NCBI GenBank assembly: GCA_026134085.1
Contig: JAOQIN010000009.1
Coordinates: 1 to 45,912, forward strand
Source of the DNA: Candidatus Methanoxibalbensis ujae
Lineage (GTDB): Archaea; Halobacteriota; Syntropharchaeia; Alkanophagales; Methanospirareceae
Direction of reading: 5' to 3'
Length of the DNA: 45,912 bases
How positions within the stretch are numbered: the stretch's first letter is position 1; the number at the start of each line of letters is the position of its first letter. Below the pieces are notes generated by a model that saw nothing but the letters and a program-made list of their open reading frames with translations, was not told the DNA's origin and did not search any database. The position numbers were made by a program, and so were the translations under genes. Positions 45,197 to 45,912 of this stretch are shown here, piece after piece.

Positions 45197-45535
45197 TCAC
45201 ACAATATACCATATTAGATCATCCGATATAAATGTTACTGTTTGATATTGGGTGTCTATTGTAATTGAAGCCTTGCCATCAATAGAACCTGCGGCGGTAT
45301 TGACTGTAACTGTATTTGCAGAAGAATCTGTTTTTTTCACTATTACAGTTGCCCCTTTCGTCGGATTCGGTAGAGTTATTGTAATCGGATCGGCAGATGC
45401 ATCTGCGAGAACGAGATCTCCATCCGATGCTGTATAGTCAAAGGATACACTGACTGGTTCATATCTCAACCCTCCTCCATCACCAATCTCAATATCAAGA
45501 CTCTCCCACCATATTAAGAACTTCGCGAGATTCAT
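45197..45535 (-). CDS. Fibre-associated beta domain
   Basis: Close paralogue of the C-terminal domain of 44641-45180. Confidence 0.75.
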   Translation of the reverse strand: MNLAKFLIWWESLDIEIGDGGGLRYEPVSVSFDYTASDGDLVLADASADPITITLPNPTKGATVIVKKTDSSANTVTVNTAAGSIDGKASITIDTQYQTVTFISDDLIWYIV

Positions 45536-45628
45536 GACTCCGCCCCCCTCTTTTCCTTCCTATTATTCTTCCTATTATATAAAGAGAGAAAACTTTTTAT
45601 TATTATAGATAGAACAGAAAGGGAAAGG

Positions 45629-45912
45629 ATGATGGATATACGCTCAATAAGGCCTATAAGAATACCGTCGGAGGAGATTGATATGGTAGATATAAGAACT
45701 GAGGCTGAAGAGTGGATATTATCTGACATACGCTCATTGCGCATCGTAAAGCGCCCAATAAGTTTTAAATACATTCGTAAGATTACAATAACGGAGCGGA
45801 GTGGGAATGATTTAACAGACTATCAGGTTCTAATAGAACTCAACAGCACGAATTTCAACTTTGCGCATGCTCAAAGTAATGGTGAGGATATAAGATTCAC
45901 CAACGAAGAAGG
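45629..45912 (+). CDS. DUF2341-domain protein, 5' part (runs off right end)
   Basis: MMDIRSIRPI...SDIRSLRIVKRPISFKYIRKITITERSGNDLTDYQVLIELNSTNFNFAHAQSNGEDIRFTNEE. Confidence 0.8.
   Translation, partial: MMDIRSIRPIRIPSEEIDMVDIRTEAEEWILSDIRSLRIVKRPISFKYIRKITITERSGNDLTDYQVLIELNSTNFNFAHAQSNGEDIRFTNEE
45836..45912. repeat. Right copy of terminal inverted repeat
   Basis: Exact reverse complement of 1-77. Confidence 0.95.

Noticed and set aside
42219..45535. Tailed (Caudoviricetes) virus inferred from fibre-like genes
   Set aside because: No terminase, portal, HK97 capsid, tail tube or tape measure recognised; such adhesin domains are shared across virus types

Overview
Near-complete (about 46 kb) genome of an archaeal dsDNA virus, probably tailless, icosahedral and membrane-containing. 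The archaeal call rests on GGAGGTGA ribosome-binding sites and BRE/TATA promoters; the host cannot be fixed from sequence. Replication/recombination genes: XPD/DinG-type Fe-S helicase, archaeo-eukaryotic primase, solo RuvB-like ATPase, Cas4-like and PD-(D/E)xK nucleases, and a divergent PCNA-like domain fused into a large protein. Virion genes: a likely single vertical jelly-roll major capsid protein (36785-37291), many small membrane and Ig-like proteins, DUF2341/beta-helix/fibre adhesins, a GT2 and a clan-CD-like protease. No portal, terminase, integrase or DNA polymerase was recognised. Accessory highlights: (1) a Ro60/TROVE gene directly behind a tRNA-mimic Y-RNA-like gene arranged in tRNA order, plus a second hairpin RNA; (2) a decayed integron-type cassette (attC-like site plus truncated hicB) beside it; (3) an AcrIII-1 ring nuclease next to a small-gene island driven by a duplicated bidirectional promoter; (4) both window ends lie inside outward-facing DUF2341 paralogues that share an exact 77-bp inverted repeat. 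All family calls are by eye from motifs; no database search was run.
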